From assembly GCA_965115855.1 (NCBI GenBank), contig OZ220470.1, forward strand, positions 975,385 through 1,039,384: a DNA stretch of 64,000 nucleotides, given 5' to 3'. The translations under genes were made by a program, and so were the position numbers. The stretch's first letter is position 1. Every line of letters starts with the position of its first letter. Source of the DNA: Vicinamibacteria bacterium (GTDB lineage Bacteria > Acidobacteriota > Vicinamibacteria > Marinacidobacterales > Marinacidobacteraceae). The notes below the pieces were generated by a model. That model saw only the letters and a list, made by a program, of their open reading frames with translations, was not told where the DNA came from and did no database searches. Positions 8,721-18,491 of this stretch are shown piece after piece.

Positions 8721-11014
8721 GAGTCCCCGGAAGGCCAGTTCTCCAGGCGTTCCCTGACCCGGCCCATGAACTGGTCGGCGACCGCGCCGTCAATCAGGCG
8801 GTGATCAAAGGAAAGCGCCAAGAAGACCATCGACCGTACCGCAATGGCGTCGGACTCCACCACCACCGCCCGCTTGTGGACCCCGCCGATCCCGAGAATG
8901 GCCGACTGGGGCTGGGCGATGATGGGGGTTCCGAAGAGCGACCCGTACGGACCGGGATTGGTGATGGTGAACGTGCCGCCCTCCAGATCGGAGAGTTCGA
9001 TCTCCCCCTTCCGGGCGCGCCCCGAAAGGTCGGCGATGCCCCGCGCGATCCCCGTGAAGTTGCGTTCGTCGGCGCGCTCCAGGACCGGAACCACCAGGCC
9101 GTCCGGCAGGGCGACCGCGATGCCGAGGTGCACCGAGGAGTGATACACGATCCGGTCGTCCCGGAGCGACGCGTTCAGGATCGGAAACTCGGAAAGGGCC
9201 TCGATGGCGGCCGCGGCGAAATACGGCATCAGGGTGAGCCGGATGCCGTAGCGCCGCTCCATGTCCCCGCGCCGGGCGGCGCGCGCCGCAACCACCCGCG
9301 ACATGTCCACCTCGAACACCGTGGTGACGTGCGCGGAAGTGCGCCGCGAACGGACCATGTGTTCGGCAATGGCGCGGCGCATCGGCGTGAGCGGTTCGGT
9401 GCGGACGCCTTCCGGCAGTGCCGGCGGCGGTTCGGAGGGCGGCGATTCGGCAACCGGATCCGGGGCCTGCGGCTCCGGCTTCCCGGGTTCGGATTCCTTC
9501 CCCGCTGTTTCGATGTAGTCCTGGATGTCCTGTCGGGTAACCCGGCCCCCTTCCCCGGATCCGTGGACATCGGCGAGATCCACCCCGTGCTCGCGCGCGA
9601 TGCGACGGACGAGCGGCGAGCTCCGTGGACGACGGCGATCCTTCGCTCCGGACGAATCGGCGGCCGGGGGCTCGGGTTCCGCCGGGGCTCCCTCCGGCGT
9701 GGCTTCCCCGGACGACGCGCCGTCGCCGGGGGACCAGTCCTCGCCTTCGGCAGCGATCCGGCCCACCACCGTGTTCACTTCCACGGTGTTGCCTTCGGGC
9801 ACGAGGATCTCCACCAGGCGGCCGGACAGGGCGGCCGGAACCTCGGTGTCCACCTTGTCGGTGGCGATGTCGAAGAGGGGATCGTCACGGGCGACCGTCT
9901 CACCGACCGGGATGCGCCACTTGGTGATGGTTCCCTCGGTGATGCTCTCGCCCATCTGCGGCATGACCACGTCTGTTGGCACGGTGCGGGAATAGTACTC
10001 GGAGCGCCTGCGCCGATCGCGCACCAGTTCCCGCGCCGCCGCCAGCACCTCGGCGTGCGAAGGCAGGTGTTCCGCCTCCAGCCGGGGGGCGTAGGGAACC
10101 GGAGTGTCGCGGGCGGCGATCCGGCGGACCGGCGCCACCAGCTGCTTCCACCCATGTTCCGCGACCTGGGCGACGACCTCGCCGCCGAATCCACCGGTCC
10201 GGTTCGCCTCGTGTGCAACCAGCAATCGGCCGGTGCGCTCCACCGAATCGAGAATCGCCTTCAGGTCGAGGGGCGCGAGGCTGCGGAGGTCCAGAACATC
10301 CGCGTTGATCCCCTCGGCGGCCAGATCGACGGCCGCCTGTTCGACGAGCTGCATCGCGCCGCCCCAGGCCACGAGGGAAATGTCGGAGCCGTTCCGCACC
10401 CGCCGCGCCTGCCCGAGCGGTACGCACTCGGGCCCGGCCTCCCACTCCGACTCGGCAAGGCGAAGGCTGCGGTAGAGGCGCTTGTGTTCCAGGTAGAGCA
10501 CCGGATCGTCGTCGCGAATCGCGGTGCGCAGCAGGCCGGCCGCATCCGACACCGTCGCTGGCGCCACCACCCGGAGGCCGGGAGTGTGGAGGAAGAAGGC
10601 CTCGGGATTCGCCGAGTGGAACGGTCCGGCGCCCACCCCGGCGCCCGCCGGGCCGCGCAGCACCATCGGGACCGCCATGCCCGTGCGGTAGCGGCTCTTG
10701 GCGGCGAAGTTGGTGATCATGTTGAAGGCGCTGGCGATGAAGTCCATGAACTGGAACTCCACCACGGGGCGGAAACCCTCGAATGCGAGCCCCACCGCGA
10801 TGCCGGTGAATCCCTCCTCGCTGATCGGGGTGTCCATCACCCGGGACGGACCGAAGTCGGCGAGAAACCCCTCGGTGAGGCGGAAGGCGCCCCCGTAGGC
10901 GCCGATGTCCTCGCCCAGCAGCAACACCCGTTCGTCCCGCTCCATCTCCGACCGGAGCGCCCGCCGAATCGCTTCCAGATAGGTCACTCCCGGGCGTACC
11001 GGCGCGTCAGACAT
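8717..11014 (-). CDS. 2-oxoacid dehydrogenase E1 beta subunit fused in frame to the E2 dihydrolipoyl acyltransferase (lipoyl domain, E3-binding domain and catalytic domain).
   Basis: A single ORF with no stop between them. The E1beta part is residues MSDAPVRPGVTYLEAI..AAARELV. An RRRRSEYYSRT linker follows. Then comes a lipoyl domain (MPQMGESITEGTITKW..DKVD), the PSBD (SSPLVRRIAREHGVDLADVHGSGEGGRVTRQDI), and the catalytic DHRLIDGA motif. A GGAAGGAG Shine-Dalgarno sequence sits 9 nt before the ATG at 11014. The first 63 codons of the tracked ORF are treated as a non-coding extension. Confidence 0.7.
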   Translation of the reverse strand: MSDAPVRPGVTYLEAIRRALRSEMERDERVLLLGEDIGAYGGAFRLTEGFLADFGPSRVMDTPISEEGFTGIAVGLAFEGFRPVVEFQFMDFIASAFNMITNFAAKSRYRTGMAVPMVLRGPAGAGVGAGPFHSANPEAFFLHTPGLRVVAPATVSDAAGLLRTAIRDDDPVLYLEHKRLYRSLRLAESEWEAGPECVPLGQARRVRNGSDISLVAWGGAMQLVEQAAVDLAAEGINADVLDLRSLAPLDLKAILDSVERTGRLLVAHEANRTGGFGGEVVAQVAEHGWKQLVAPVRRIAARDTPVPYAPRLEAEHLPSHAEVLAAARELVRDRRRRSEYYSRTVPTDVVMPQMGESITEGTITKWRIPVGETVARDDPLFDIATDKVDTEVPAALSGRLVEILVPEGNTVEVNTVVGRIAAEGEDWSPGDGASSGEATPEGAPAEPEPPAADSSGAKDRRRPRSSPLVRRIAREHGVDLADVHGSGEGGRVTRQDIQDYIETAGKESEPGKPEPQAPDPVAESPPSEPPPALPEGVRTEPLTPMRRAIAEHMVRSRRTSAHVTTVFEVDMSRVVAARAARRGDMERRYGIRLTLMPYFAAAAIEALSEFPILNASLRDDRIVYHSSVHLGIAVALPDGLVVPVLERADERNFTGIARGIADLSGRARKGEIELSDLEGGTFTITNPGPYGSLFGTPIIAQPQSAILGIGGVHKRAVVVESDAIAVRSMVFLALSFDHRLIDGAVADQFMGRVRERLENWPSGDS

Positions 11015-11735
11015 CGGGCAGCGCTCCTTCCGGGGCGGGGAGCAGCCGACGACCGAACACCCGGGCAATCGAGGCGGCGAGGCGGTCGGTGAACCGGTCG
11101 AGTGACGGGCGGCGCCCGGTCTCCGCTTCCAGCGACGTGATCCGGCAGCCGCTGATACCGCAGGGCACGATCCGGTCGAACCAGCGGAGGTCGCACCCCA
11201 CATTCACCGCGACGCCGTGGCTCGTGACCCACCGCGCCACCCGCACGCCGATCGCCGCCAGCTTGCGGGAATCGGCCTCCGCGCCCCCGCACCAGACCCC
11301 GGTGCATCCGGGCCGGCGCCCGGCAGCAACCCCGTAACCGGACACCGCCTCAATCACCGCCTGCTCGAGGGCCCGGAGATAGGCGCGGACATCCTTCCTC
11401 CAGTGGCGAAGGTCGAGGATCGGATAGGCCACCAGCTGACCGGGGCCATGGAAGGTCACATCCCCGCCCCGGTCGGTCTCGCACACCTCGGCACCCATCC
11501 GTTCCGGAGCAAGGAGCAGATGGCGGGGGTCGGCCACCGTGCCGAGCGTGTATACCGGCGGATGTTCGGTGAGCAGCAGGACATCCGGGATCTCGTCACG
11601 CTGGCGCCGGGCGACCAGCTCGCGCTGGGTCTTCACCCCGTCCCGGTAGGGGAGCGGTTTGCGGTCCAGCCGCCAGAGCGCCGGGCGGGGATCGGTCGCC
11701 CGGCGGGCGCCGTCACCCGAAGCGAACGGGGACAC
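11007..11735 (-). CDS. lipB: Octanoyl-[ACP]:protein N-octanoyltransferase.
   Basis: LipB family motifs (LLLTEHPPVYTLG, KLAAIGVRV, GCDLRWFDRIVPCG). Its stop lies 2 nt before the E1beta-E2 start. Confidence 0.85.
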   Translation of the reverse strand: MSPFASGDGARRATDPRPALWRLDRKPLPYRDGVKTQRELVARRQRDEIPDVLLLTEHPPVYTLGTVADPRHLLLAPERMGAEVCETDRGGDVTFHGPGQLVAYPILDLRHWRKDVRAYLRALEQAVIEAVSGYGVAAGRRPGCTGVWCGGAEADSRKLAAIGVRVARWVTSHGVAVNVGCDLRWFDRIVPCGISGCRITSLEAETGRRPSLDRFTDRLAASIARVFGRRLLPAPEGALPDV

Positions 11736-11746
11736 CTGGACGCCGC

Positions 11747-13171
11747 TTAGGCGTGGAGCGGCGACCCCAGCGCGGCGAGGGCCGCCTCGGCGAGCGCTTC
11801 AGAAAGCGTCGGATGGGCGTGGACACTTCGCGCCAGCGATTCGAGAGTAGCCTCGTGCTCCAGCGCCACCACCGCCTCGGCAATGAGATCGGTGGCGTGC
11901 GGGCCGACGATATGCACCCCCAGAACCTCCCCGTAGCGCGCCTCCGCGACGACCTTCACGAAGCCGGTCAGATCTCCAAGGATGTTGGCCTTGCTGTTCG
12001 CCGCAAAGGGGAACTTCCCGACCTTGATCTCCTGCCCGGTCTCGCGGGCGGCCGCTTCGGTCAGGCCGACCGAACCGACCTCGGGAAAGCAGTAGGTGGC
12101 AGCGGGAATCCGCTCCCGCGCGAGCGGCTCGCCCGGTTCGCCGGCGAGGCAGCGCACCGCCGCTTCCGCCTCGGCGGAGGCGAGGTGGGCGAGCTGTGCG
12201 GTCGCGACCACGTCCCCGATGGCAAGGACTCCGGGAGCGGAAGTCCGGCCGAAGCCGTCCACCGGGATGAAGCCACCCTTGCCGGTGGTGATCCCGACGG
12301 TCTCGAGACCGATGTCCGCCGTCCGGGGCGCCCGGCCCACCGCCACCAGCAACCGGTCGTAGCGGGCGACCGAGGTCGCATCCGCGCCGGCCTCCCGAAC
12401 CCGCACCGAGACGCCCCCCTCCGTCACCTCCACGGATTCCACCGCCGCCCCGGTGCGGACCCCGATCCGCTGCTTGCGGAGGGACTTGCCCACGACGTCG
12501 GAGACTTCCTCGTCCTCGAGCGGGAGAACCCGGGGCATCACCTCGAACAGGTCCACATCGCTGCCGTAGCTCCGAAACATCGTGGCGAACTCGGTTCCCA
12601 CCGCTCCGGCGCCGATGATTCCGAGCCGCCCGGGACATTCGGGCAGACGGAACATCTCGGCGTTGGTCAGGATGCGTTCCCCGTCGAGGGGCAGGAACGG
12701 GCGGGTTCGCGCCGTCGAACCGGTGGCGACGAGCACGCTCCCGGCCTCGTATTCCCGAACGCCTGCCCCGGTGGTGACCGTCACCCTTCCCGGGCCGGCG
12801 AGCCGTCCGTACCCCTTGAGCGCGACCACCCCGTTTCGCTTCAGGAGCAATCCGACCCCGCCCGCCAGCTTGCGAATGACCCGGTCGGCGCGGCGGTTGA
12901 GCGCCTTCCAGTCGAGGACCGGCTCGCCGATCTCGACTCCGTGCCCCTTCGCGGCACGCATGTCGTTGAGCAGGGAGGCGGTATGCAGGTACACCTTGCT
13001 GGGAATGCACCCAACGTGCAAGCAGGTTCCTCCGAAATGCGCATCCTTTTCGATGATCGCGGTGCGGAGCCCCCGGGAAGCCGCCTTGATCGCGGCCACG
13101 TATCCGCCGGGCCCACTCCCGATCACGACAACGTCAAACGTGGAACGGGGCGCCTCCGGCGAATCGGGCAT
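11747..13171 (-). CDS. lpdA: Dihydrolipoyl dehydrogenase (E3).
   Basis: FAD motif GSGPGGYVAAIKAA, redox-active disulfide GTCLHVGCIPSK, and a C-terminal HAHPTLSE interface motif. Confidence 0.9.
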   Translation of the reverse strand: MPDSPEAPRSTFDVVVIGSGPGGYVAAIKAASRGLRTAIIEKDAHFGGTCLHVGCIPSKVYLHTASLLNDMRAAKGHGVEIGEPVLDWKALNRRADRVIRKLAGGVGLLLKRNGVVALKGYGRLAGPGRVTVTTGAGVREYEAGSVLVATGSTARTRPFLPLDGERILTNAEMFRLPECPGRLGIIGAGAVGTEFATMFRSYGSDVDLFEVMPRVLPLEDEEVSDVVGKSLRKQRIGVRTGAAVESVEVTEGGVSVRVREAGADATSVARYDRLLVAVGRAPRTADIGLETVGITTGKGGFIPVDGFGRTSAPGVLAIGDVVATAQLAHLASAEAEAAVRCLAGEPGEPLARERIPAATYCFPEVGSVGLTEAAARETGQEIKVGKFPFAANSKANILGDLTGFVKVVAEARYGEVLGVHIVGPHATDLIAEAVVALEHEATLESLARSVHAHPTLSEALAEAALAALGSPLHA

Positions 13172-13309
13172 GACAGTCGGCGGAGAATGGTATGTCGCCC
13201 GGTGTGCCCGGGATCATGATAGAATGGACAGATTCCGCGTTTCCGCGTCAGGGCGGATTCCAATCAGGGTTATCCCGATCCCGGCCGTCGGTGCGACGGG
13301 GCACCCCAC

Positions 13310-13918
13310 ATGACTGAATCGGAGCGGCGCGAGGCAGCCCGAAGCGGCCTCGGTGGAACCACCCCGGTTCGTCGCGCCGGGCGCAACGAACCGTTTCTGG
13401 CGCATCGGCGGGGCGGCCCGCCAGCAACCCGAACCGAGCGGGAACCCGAGCCGGAGCGCGAATTCGAGACTGTTGCCCTGAAGGAAGGGGGAGACGCGGC
13501 GACGACGCCGTCGACCGATCGCGAAAGCCGGCGGGAGCGAAAGCAGCGGGAACTGGATTCGTTTCCCATCGCGCGCATGCTGGGGCTTCGCCTTGATTAC
13601 GCCGAAAACGGCGTATCGCGTATCCACCTGCCAGCCGGTCGCCAGGACACGACCCACGGACCGATGGAGGGAAGCGTGGCGGGAACGATGGTGGTTGCCG
13701 CCGGACACTTCGCGGCTTCGTCGGTGGCGCCGAACGCGGCGCTGCCGCTCGTCGAGTTCAAGCTGAACCTGCTTTCGGTGGTGCAGGGCGAGCTGTTGGC
13801 GATCGGGGAGGTCGTCCGCAAGGGACGTACGCTCATCAGCTGCCGCATCGAGATCGTCGAGGACAATGACCGCACCATCGCGGTGGGCCTCGCGACCTAC
13901 CTGAACCAGGTCCCCTGA
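13310..13918 (+). CDS. PaaI/YbgC-like hotdog-fold thioesterase with a charged, low-complexity N-terminal extension. The true start may be internal.
   Basis: C-terminal 120 aa (FPIARMLGLRLDYAENGVSRIHLP...GRTLISCRIEIVEDNDRTIAVGLATY) is typical of PaaI-type 4HBT thioesterases. Confidence 0.55.
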   Translation: MTESERREAARSGLGGTTPVRRAGRNEPFLAHRRGGPPATRTEREPEPEREFETVALKEGGDAATTPSTDRESRRERKQRELDSFPIARMLGLRLDYAENGVSRIHLPAGRQDTTHGPMEGSVAGTMVVAAGHFAASSVAPNAALPLVEFKLNLLSVVQGELLAIGEVVRKGRTLISCRIEIVEDNDRTIAVGLATYLNQVP

Positions 13919-14040
13919 GGGACCGGTTCGTCATCCCGCCAGCAACATTCCCACCGGGGCCCGATCAGTCGTCCCCCGGGGAATCCGTCGCCTCGCCCGC
14001 CGAGGGTTTCGGTTCCGCCCTTCCCCCTGCCGGGCGCCGG

Positions 14041-14910
14041 TCACTCCGCCCGCCACCACCGGTCGCCGGGGGTCACCGGTCCGCGACGCTTGTGCTCGGT
14101 ACCCCGATGGAGCCGTTCGATCCGGAGCGCCACCGCTTCCGGCACCGGGCGACCCTCGAGATAGTCGTCGAGCGCGGCATAGGTCACGCCGAGCGCCTCC
14201 TCGTCGGGAAGTCCGGGCCGCAAATCCTCGAGGTCGGCAGTGGGTTCCTTCGCCACGGTTTCCGGCGGGGCGCCGAGATGGGCGGCGAGCGCGCGCACCC
14301 GGCGCTTGGTGAGGCCGAAGAGCGGGATCACATCGGCGGCGCCGTCGCCGAACTTGGTGAAGAAGCCGACGAGCGCCTCGGCGGCATGATCGGTCCCGAC
14401 CACCAGCCCGCCTCCGAGACCGGCGAGGTGGTACTGCACCGCCATCCGCATCCGGGCCTTGGTGTTGCCGCGAACGAAATCGCGGTCGATTTCGGTCCCC
14501 GGCGGCCACTGCGCCGGCACCGCATCGCCGATCGCCCGATCCAGCAGCCGCACGGCCGGCTCGATGTCCACCGTCACCACCGTGGTGGGGCGGATCCATG
14601 CGAGCGCCCGGCAGGCATCCTCCTCGTCCTGCTGGACGCCACACGGCAAGCGGATTGCCACCGCGGCGCAATCGCTGCGGCCGGCCTCCCGGAGACGCTC
14701 CACCGCCAGCACCGCAAGACGACCGGCAAGCGCCGAATCCACCCCGCCGGACACGCCCACCAGCAGCCGTTTCTGTCCGCTGGCGCGGAGATAGTCGGCA
14801 AGGAAGCCCACCCGCCGGCGCGCTTCGGCAGCGGGATCGAACCCGGCTTGAACCTCGAGGAGATCGCGTAGCGCGGGGCTGGACGTCCTTCGGGCCATCG
14901 GCGGCGTCAT
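14041..14910 (-). CDS. nadE: NH3-dependent NAD+ synthetase.
   Basis: SGGVDS P-loop, and motifs close to E. coli NadE (FVRGNTKARMRM, GTDHAAEALVGFFTKFGDG, KEPTADLED, GVTYAALDDYLEG, TEHKR). Start chosen at MTPPMARR. Confidence 0.85.
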   Translation of the reverse strand: MTPPMARRTSSPALRDLLEVQAGFDPAAEARRRVGFLADYLRASGQKRLLVGVSGGVDSALAGRLAVLAVERLREAGRSDCAAVAIRLPCGVQQDEEDACRALAWIRPTTVVTVDIEPAVRLLDRAIGDAVPAQWPPGTEIDRDFVRGNTKARMRMAVQYHLAGLGGGLVVGTDHAAEALVGFFTKFGDGAADVIPLFGLTKRRVRALAAHLGAPPETVAKEPTADLEDLRPGLPDEEALGVTYAALDDYLEGRPVPEAVALRIERLHRGTEHKRRGPVTPGDRWWRAE

Positions 14911-15257
14911 TATGGATTGCCGCCGAATCCGAAGCGGATGCCGCAGTCCGCTCCCACCGCCCGGATTCACCCGTCCGGCGCGGGCCTCCTGCCAGCCACC
15001 GGGGCCGGCTCCATGGAGTTGGGCCGCCCCTCTCCCGCCTTCCCGCGGGTCGGAACGCGGGACCGGACCGGCCTGCAGCGCGAGGGTGTCGAGGCGGCCA
15101 TGGTCACGGCGGGGCGCCGCGGCGACTCCCGGAGTGATCGGGCGGGTCCGGCGGCCACGGACGCGCAGGGACGGCGCGAACTGCTCCCGACGATCAACAG
15201 GGCGCCAAGGCCGGGCCGCCGCGATCCCGCTGGCGACTCCCCCGTCACGCCGGATGA

Positions 15258-17171
15258 CTACCCGCCCCCGGCTTCGTCGTTCTCGGTGACCGTCACCGTC
15301 ACGCTGCCGATCGTCACCGAGTCGTAACCGCCGCCGCTCGCCCCATGCGTCAACACCACATCGGGGTCCGCCGTTGCGTCCTCGTCCTCCGCCGCCGATA
15401 CCGTCACCGTCTGTGGCGTGGCGTAGTTTGCGGGCGTGAAGGTCAGCGGCGAACCCGCCACCGTCACGTCACCCGAAGCGCCACCCACCGTCACCGACAC
15501 GTCCGCCGACGGTTCCGCGTTCAGCGCCACGGTGTACGTGCCGGCACCGCCTTCCACCACGGTCAGCGTGGGCGTCGAGATCGTCACTCCAGCGACAGCG
15601 GCCTCAATGGCCTCGACCGGTGTTGCGGTCACCTCGTCGGAAGCCGCCCCGATGCCGCCCGTCGCATCCGCCCGCGCCCGAATCCGGAAGCCGTGGACCG
15701 TGTCGTTTCCCAGATTCGTGATCGTGTGCGTCGTCGTCGGCGCACCGGACCCGTCGATGACCGTCCACGACCCGTAGCTGCCGCTACCGATTTTCTGCTG
15801 GACCTCCCAGCCCGTGACCTTTTCCACGGCGGCGGCGGCATTCCAGCCCAGGGTGACCGACCCGTCGCCCGCGGTGGCGGCAAGGCCCGTCGGCTTGCCC
15901 GGCGGACCGATCCAGACCCCGGTCGCATCGGACGGCGGGCCGGCCGCATCGCCGTTCAACGCCCGGATGCGCAATTCCCTGAGACCCACGACGGACTCGG
16001 GAAGAACCAGGCTGCCCGGCTGATCCCCGGCTTCGTCAGGGTCGTCGGGACGCGCCGGTATCGGTTCGGTTGGAGCCCACTCCCCATCACCCCATGTCCC
16101 GTCTGCGGTTTTCATCTGGTATTCCAATGCGTCCAGATCCCCGCAGCCGATCGGAATTCCTGCGTGGACTGTCAAGGCCCGGGGGCTGGAATCGGAGGAG
16201 GGGCCGGTGGCGTCCACGATCTCGATCTGGCACGGTGGCACATCCGGGGTCGCCTTCACTTCCACCGAATCCGCGCCCGGAATGGCGCCGTTCCTTGCCC
16301 GCACCTGGAACGCATGGGCCAATCCGTTCGTCAGGCCGGTGACCACATGGCGAGACGTGGACATACCCGATTCGGGGATAACGGTCCAGTCCCCGTAATC
16401 GTCCGCGCCCGTCTGCTGCCGGACCTGCCAGCTGGTGATGCTGGCATTCACCGATTCGTCCCAGGCAAGCGTCACCTGGCGATCTCCCGCAGCGGCAGCG
16501 AGCCCGGCGGGCGCGGCGGGAGCGCCGTCGTCGTCGACAACCGTCACGGTGATCGTTCCCGCGGTCCACGACTCGACCTCGGCCGCGTCGTTCGGAAGGG
16601 CCTTGAACGTCAGCGTCACGTCGCTCCCGTCGTCCGTGTCGCCGAGGATGCCGAAGGTGAACGTCGCGGTTGTCTCGCCAGGGGCAATCGTGACCGTGGT
16701 CCCCTTCGGCCAGCACATGTCGGCGCCCGTCGGATCCGGAGTGTCGCAACCGCCGGCGATCCCGATCACGCCGAATGTTCCCGTGCTGCTTTCCGCGACC
16801 GGTTCCATGTTCACCACCAGGCCACCATCCACCGCTTCCCCGAGCGTGACCGTGATGGCGATCTCGGTCACGCCGGAGTCCCCCTCGGTGAACGACGTCG
16901 TGGAGGCCGACAGCGTGATGGTCTTGCCACCGGCGTCCTGGGCCGCCGCCGTATTCGGCGATTCCGCAGCTGCAACCGGTGCTGGCGCCCGGGCCGGCGC
17001 GCGAGCCGCGGCGGGAACCCTCGGAATGGAGGGCGTGGTGGGACCGGACGACCCGCAGCCCCCCGACCCGAAAAGGCCCACGATGGCAAGCGCCAGGCCA
17101 CCGCGCCCGATCCGCCGTTCCGGCACCCGCGCTCCGCAGCAAAAGAAAGACCGGATGTACCTGTGATTCAT
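15258..17171 (-). CDS. Large surface lipoprotein with a Calx-beta-like N-terminal domain, three fibronectin type III domains and a conserved C-terminal beta-domain (paralog A).
   Basis: Lipobox LALAIVGLFGSGGCGSS at the start MNHRYIRS. FN3 signatures (WQVRQQTG..WTVI..TSRHVVTGLTNG..HAFQVRARN). N- and C-terminal blocks are shared with the 29514..33755 gene. Confidence 0.75.
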   Translation of the reverse strand: MNHRYIRSFFCCGARVPERRIGRGGLALAIVGLFGSGGCGSSGPTTPSIPRVPAAARAPARAPAPVAAAESPNTAAAQDAGGKTITLSASTTSFTEGDSGVTEIAITVTLGEAVDGGLVVNMEPVAESSTGTFGVIGIAGGCDTPDPTGADMCWPKGTTVTIAPGETTATFTFGILGDTDDGSDVTLTFKALPNDAAEVESWTAGTITVTVVDDDGAPAAPAGLAAAAGDRQVTLAWDESVNASITSWQVRQQTGADDYGDWTVIPESGMSTSRHVVTGLTNGLAHAFQVRARNGAIPGADSVEVKATPDVPPCQIEIVDATGPSSDSSPRALTVHAGIPIGCGDLDALEYQMKTADGTWGDGEWAPTEPIPARPDDPDEAGDQPGSLVLPESVVGLRELRIRALNGDAAGPPSDATGVWIGPPGKPTGLAATAGDGSVTLGWNAAAAVEKVTGWEVQQKIGSGSYGSWTVIDGSGAPTTTHTITNLGNDTVHGFRIRARADATGGIGAASDEVTATPVEAIEAAVAGVTISTPTLTVVEGGAGTYTVALNAEPSADVSVTVGGASGDVTVAGSPLTFTPANYATPQTVTVSAAEDEDATADPDVVLTHGASGGGYDSVTIGSVTVTVTENDEAGGG

Positions 17172-17334
17172 GGTTTTCTTTCGCGCCCCCGCAACCCGCA
17201 TCCGAAGGCCCGCCAGACACGAACGGATTCAACGGGGCCATCCGAAATGTATCGCACGACGCAATTTCGAGTGACCGCGACCAGCTGTCTGCAAAGGACG
17301 GCGCAAGAATCGGACGACTCCGATTCGTTCGGAC

Positions 17335-18090
17335 CTACTCCCGCAGCTTGCAACCGTCGGCAGTGCACACCGCTTCCGGATCTCCCGAACAGGCATCAGA
17401 TGTGGACCGAAAGCGGAATTCCAAATCGGGATAGCCCTTCCAACCTGTACCCCATTCAACCTCGAGGTTGTGTCGCACTCCAGTTCCTGTCGGCTCGAAA
17501 GACCAAAGTGACACATCCTGGTGCAGACGGCGTTGCCACACGTACGGACCAAGCCATTCAAGAACAACGTCCGCCGACGTCGCGTCCACTTCGAGAGTCA
17601 GCGATACCATTTCGGTGCCACCACGAATCAAGCTACGAAAGTCATTCGGTATCAGTCTTCCCGACAGAAAGACTCCTTCGCAGGGACGGACTCCCCCGTC
17701 CTCGATAACAATCCGATGAGTTTCATCACCGAAAGAAAGAAGAAGAAATTCGTTGTCTTCGGCGAACTGGGTATCCTCAACCGCATCCACCTCAAAGGTC
17801 ATCTCGCCGGAACCCGCTTCACCCACTGGAATCTTCAGGCTTTTCGTGGAAATTTTGTAGTCATCCTCGCTGACATCGCCTCCCACAGCCAACAACATTT
17901 CCATCGGATAATCCACTCGCCCGGTGACTGAATACGCGACGTTAACGAGCGCGGTATTTCCCTCCCGAACCGTTTGCTCCGCTTCCTGGAAGACCACAGC
18001 GACCAACGGCTGCGACCCGGGAGTGGGTGATACAGACGGGGAATCAGAGCCCCCACAACCGATCTCGACAAGAAGAAAAAACAACAGCAT
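17335..18090 (-). CDS. Small lipoprotein with a Calx-beta domain. Low GC (about 50%).
   Basis: Lipobox LLVEIGCGGS. Calx-beta pattern (VAVVFQEAEQTVREGNTALVNVAYSVTG..DYKISTKSLKIP..EMTFEVDAVEDTQFAEDNEFLLLSF). GC content is atypical. Confidence 0.6.
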   Translation of the reverse strand: MLLFFLLVEIGCGGSDSPSVSPTPGSQPLVAVVFQEAEQTVREGNTALVNVAYSVTGRVDYPMEMLLAVGGDVSEDDYKISTKSLKIPVGEAGSGEMTFEVDAVEDTQFAEDNEFLLLSFGDETHRIVIEDGGVRPCEGVFLSGRLIPNDFRSLIRGGTEMVSLTLEVDATSADVVLEWLGPYVWQRRLHQDVSLWSFEPTGTGVRHNLEVEWGTGWKGYPDLEFRFRSTSDACSGDPEAVCTADGCKLRE

Positions 18091-18491
18091 CGACGCATAT
18101 TTGACGCGTGCGTGGCGGAACAAGGGAATCACGGGTGCTTGAATCGATCTTTGCGTATCTCTATGGACTCGGTTTGGGTTGTCGAGCCCGCCTCCACTCG
18201 CACTGGATAGGGTAGCATTGTCTCCACGACAACCATCGGGCCCAATAAACTGCGCTGACCATAATGTGCGTTTGGCTCGGTAAGTGGAGATACCCAGAGA
18301 ACGTACGCCTCAACTCAATTTCGAGTGGGTACGGGCTGGAAGCTCGCCGGGGGGCCGGGTGTCAAGGGCGGGCGTAGCCCGGCGCAGCGAACCCTTGACG
18401 CTCGGCCCCCCGGCGGGCATGCTCGGTTCCGGGGTCGAAAAGCGGCAGAATGCTGTTTTTCGGCCCCATCCCTGCATTGGAGAAGCATCTC

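Noticed and set aside
6641-8804. Six mutually overlapping long ORFs, e.g. 7015..8793 (-) 592 aa, 7176..8804 (+) 542 aa, 6940..8151 (+) 403 aa and 6641..7888 (-) 415 aa. They have repetitive AAALHSGGTPQRRHST / CGVPPLWSAAAVECRR translations.
   Set aside because: They are produced by the 16-bp tandem array, which has no stops in any frame because the unit is not a multiple of 3. The real gene here is lipA (7812..8720). There is no start context or codon bias.
8801-11092. 763-aa plus-strand ORF opposite the E1beta-E2 gene, and 11753..13219 (+) opposite lpdA.
   Set aside because: Antisense shadows of strongly supported genes.
15345-17708. 787-aa plus-strand ORF opposite the FN3 lipoprotein gene.
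   Set aside because: Antisense shadow. The Arg-rich translation has no features.
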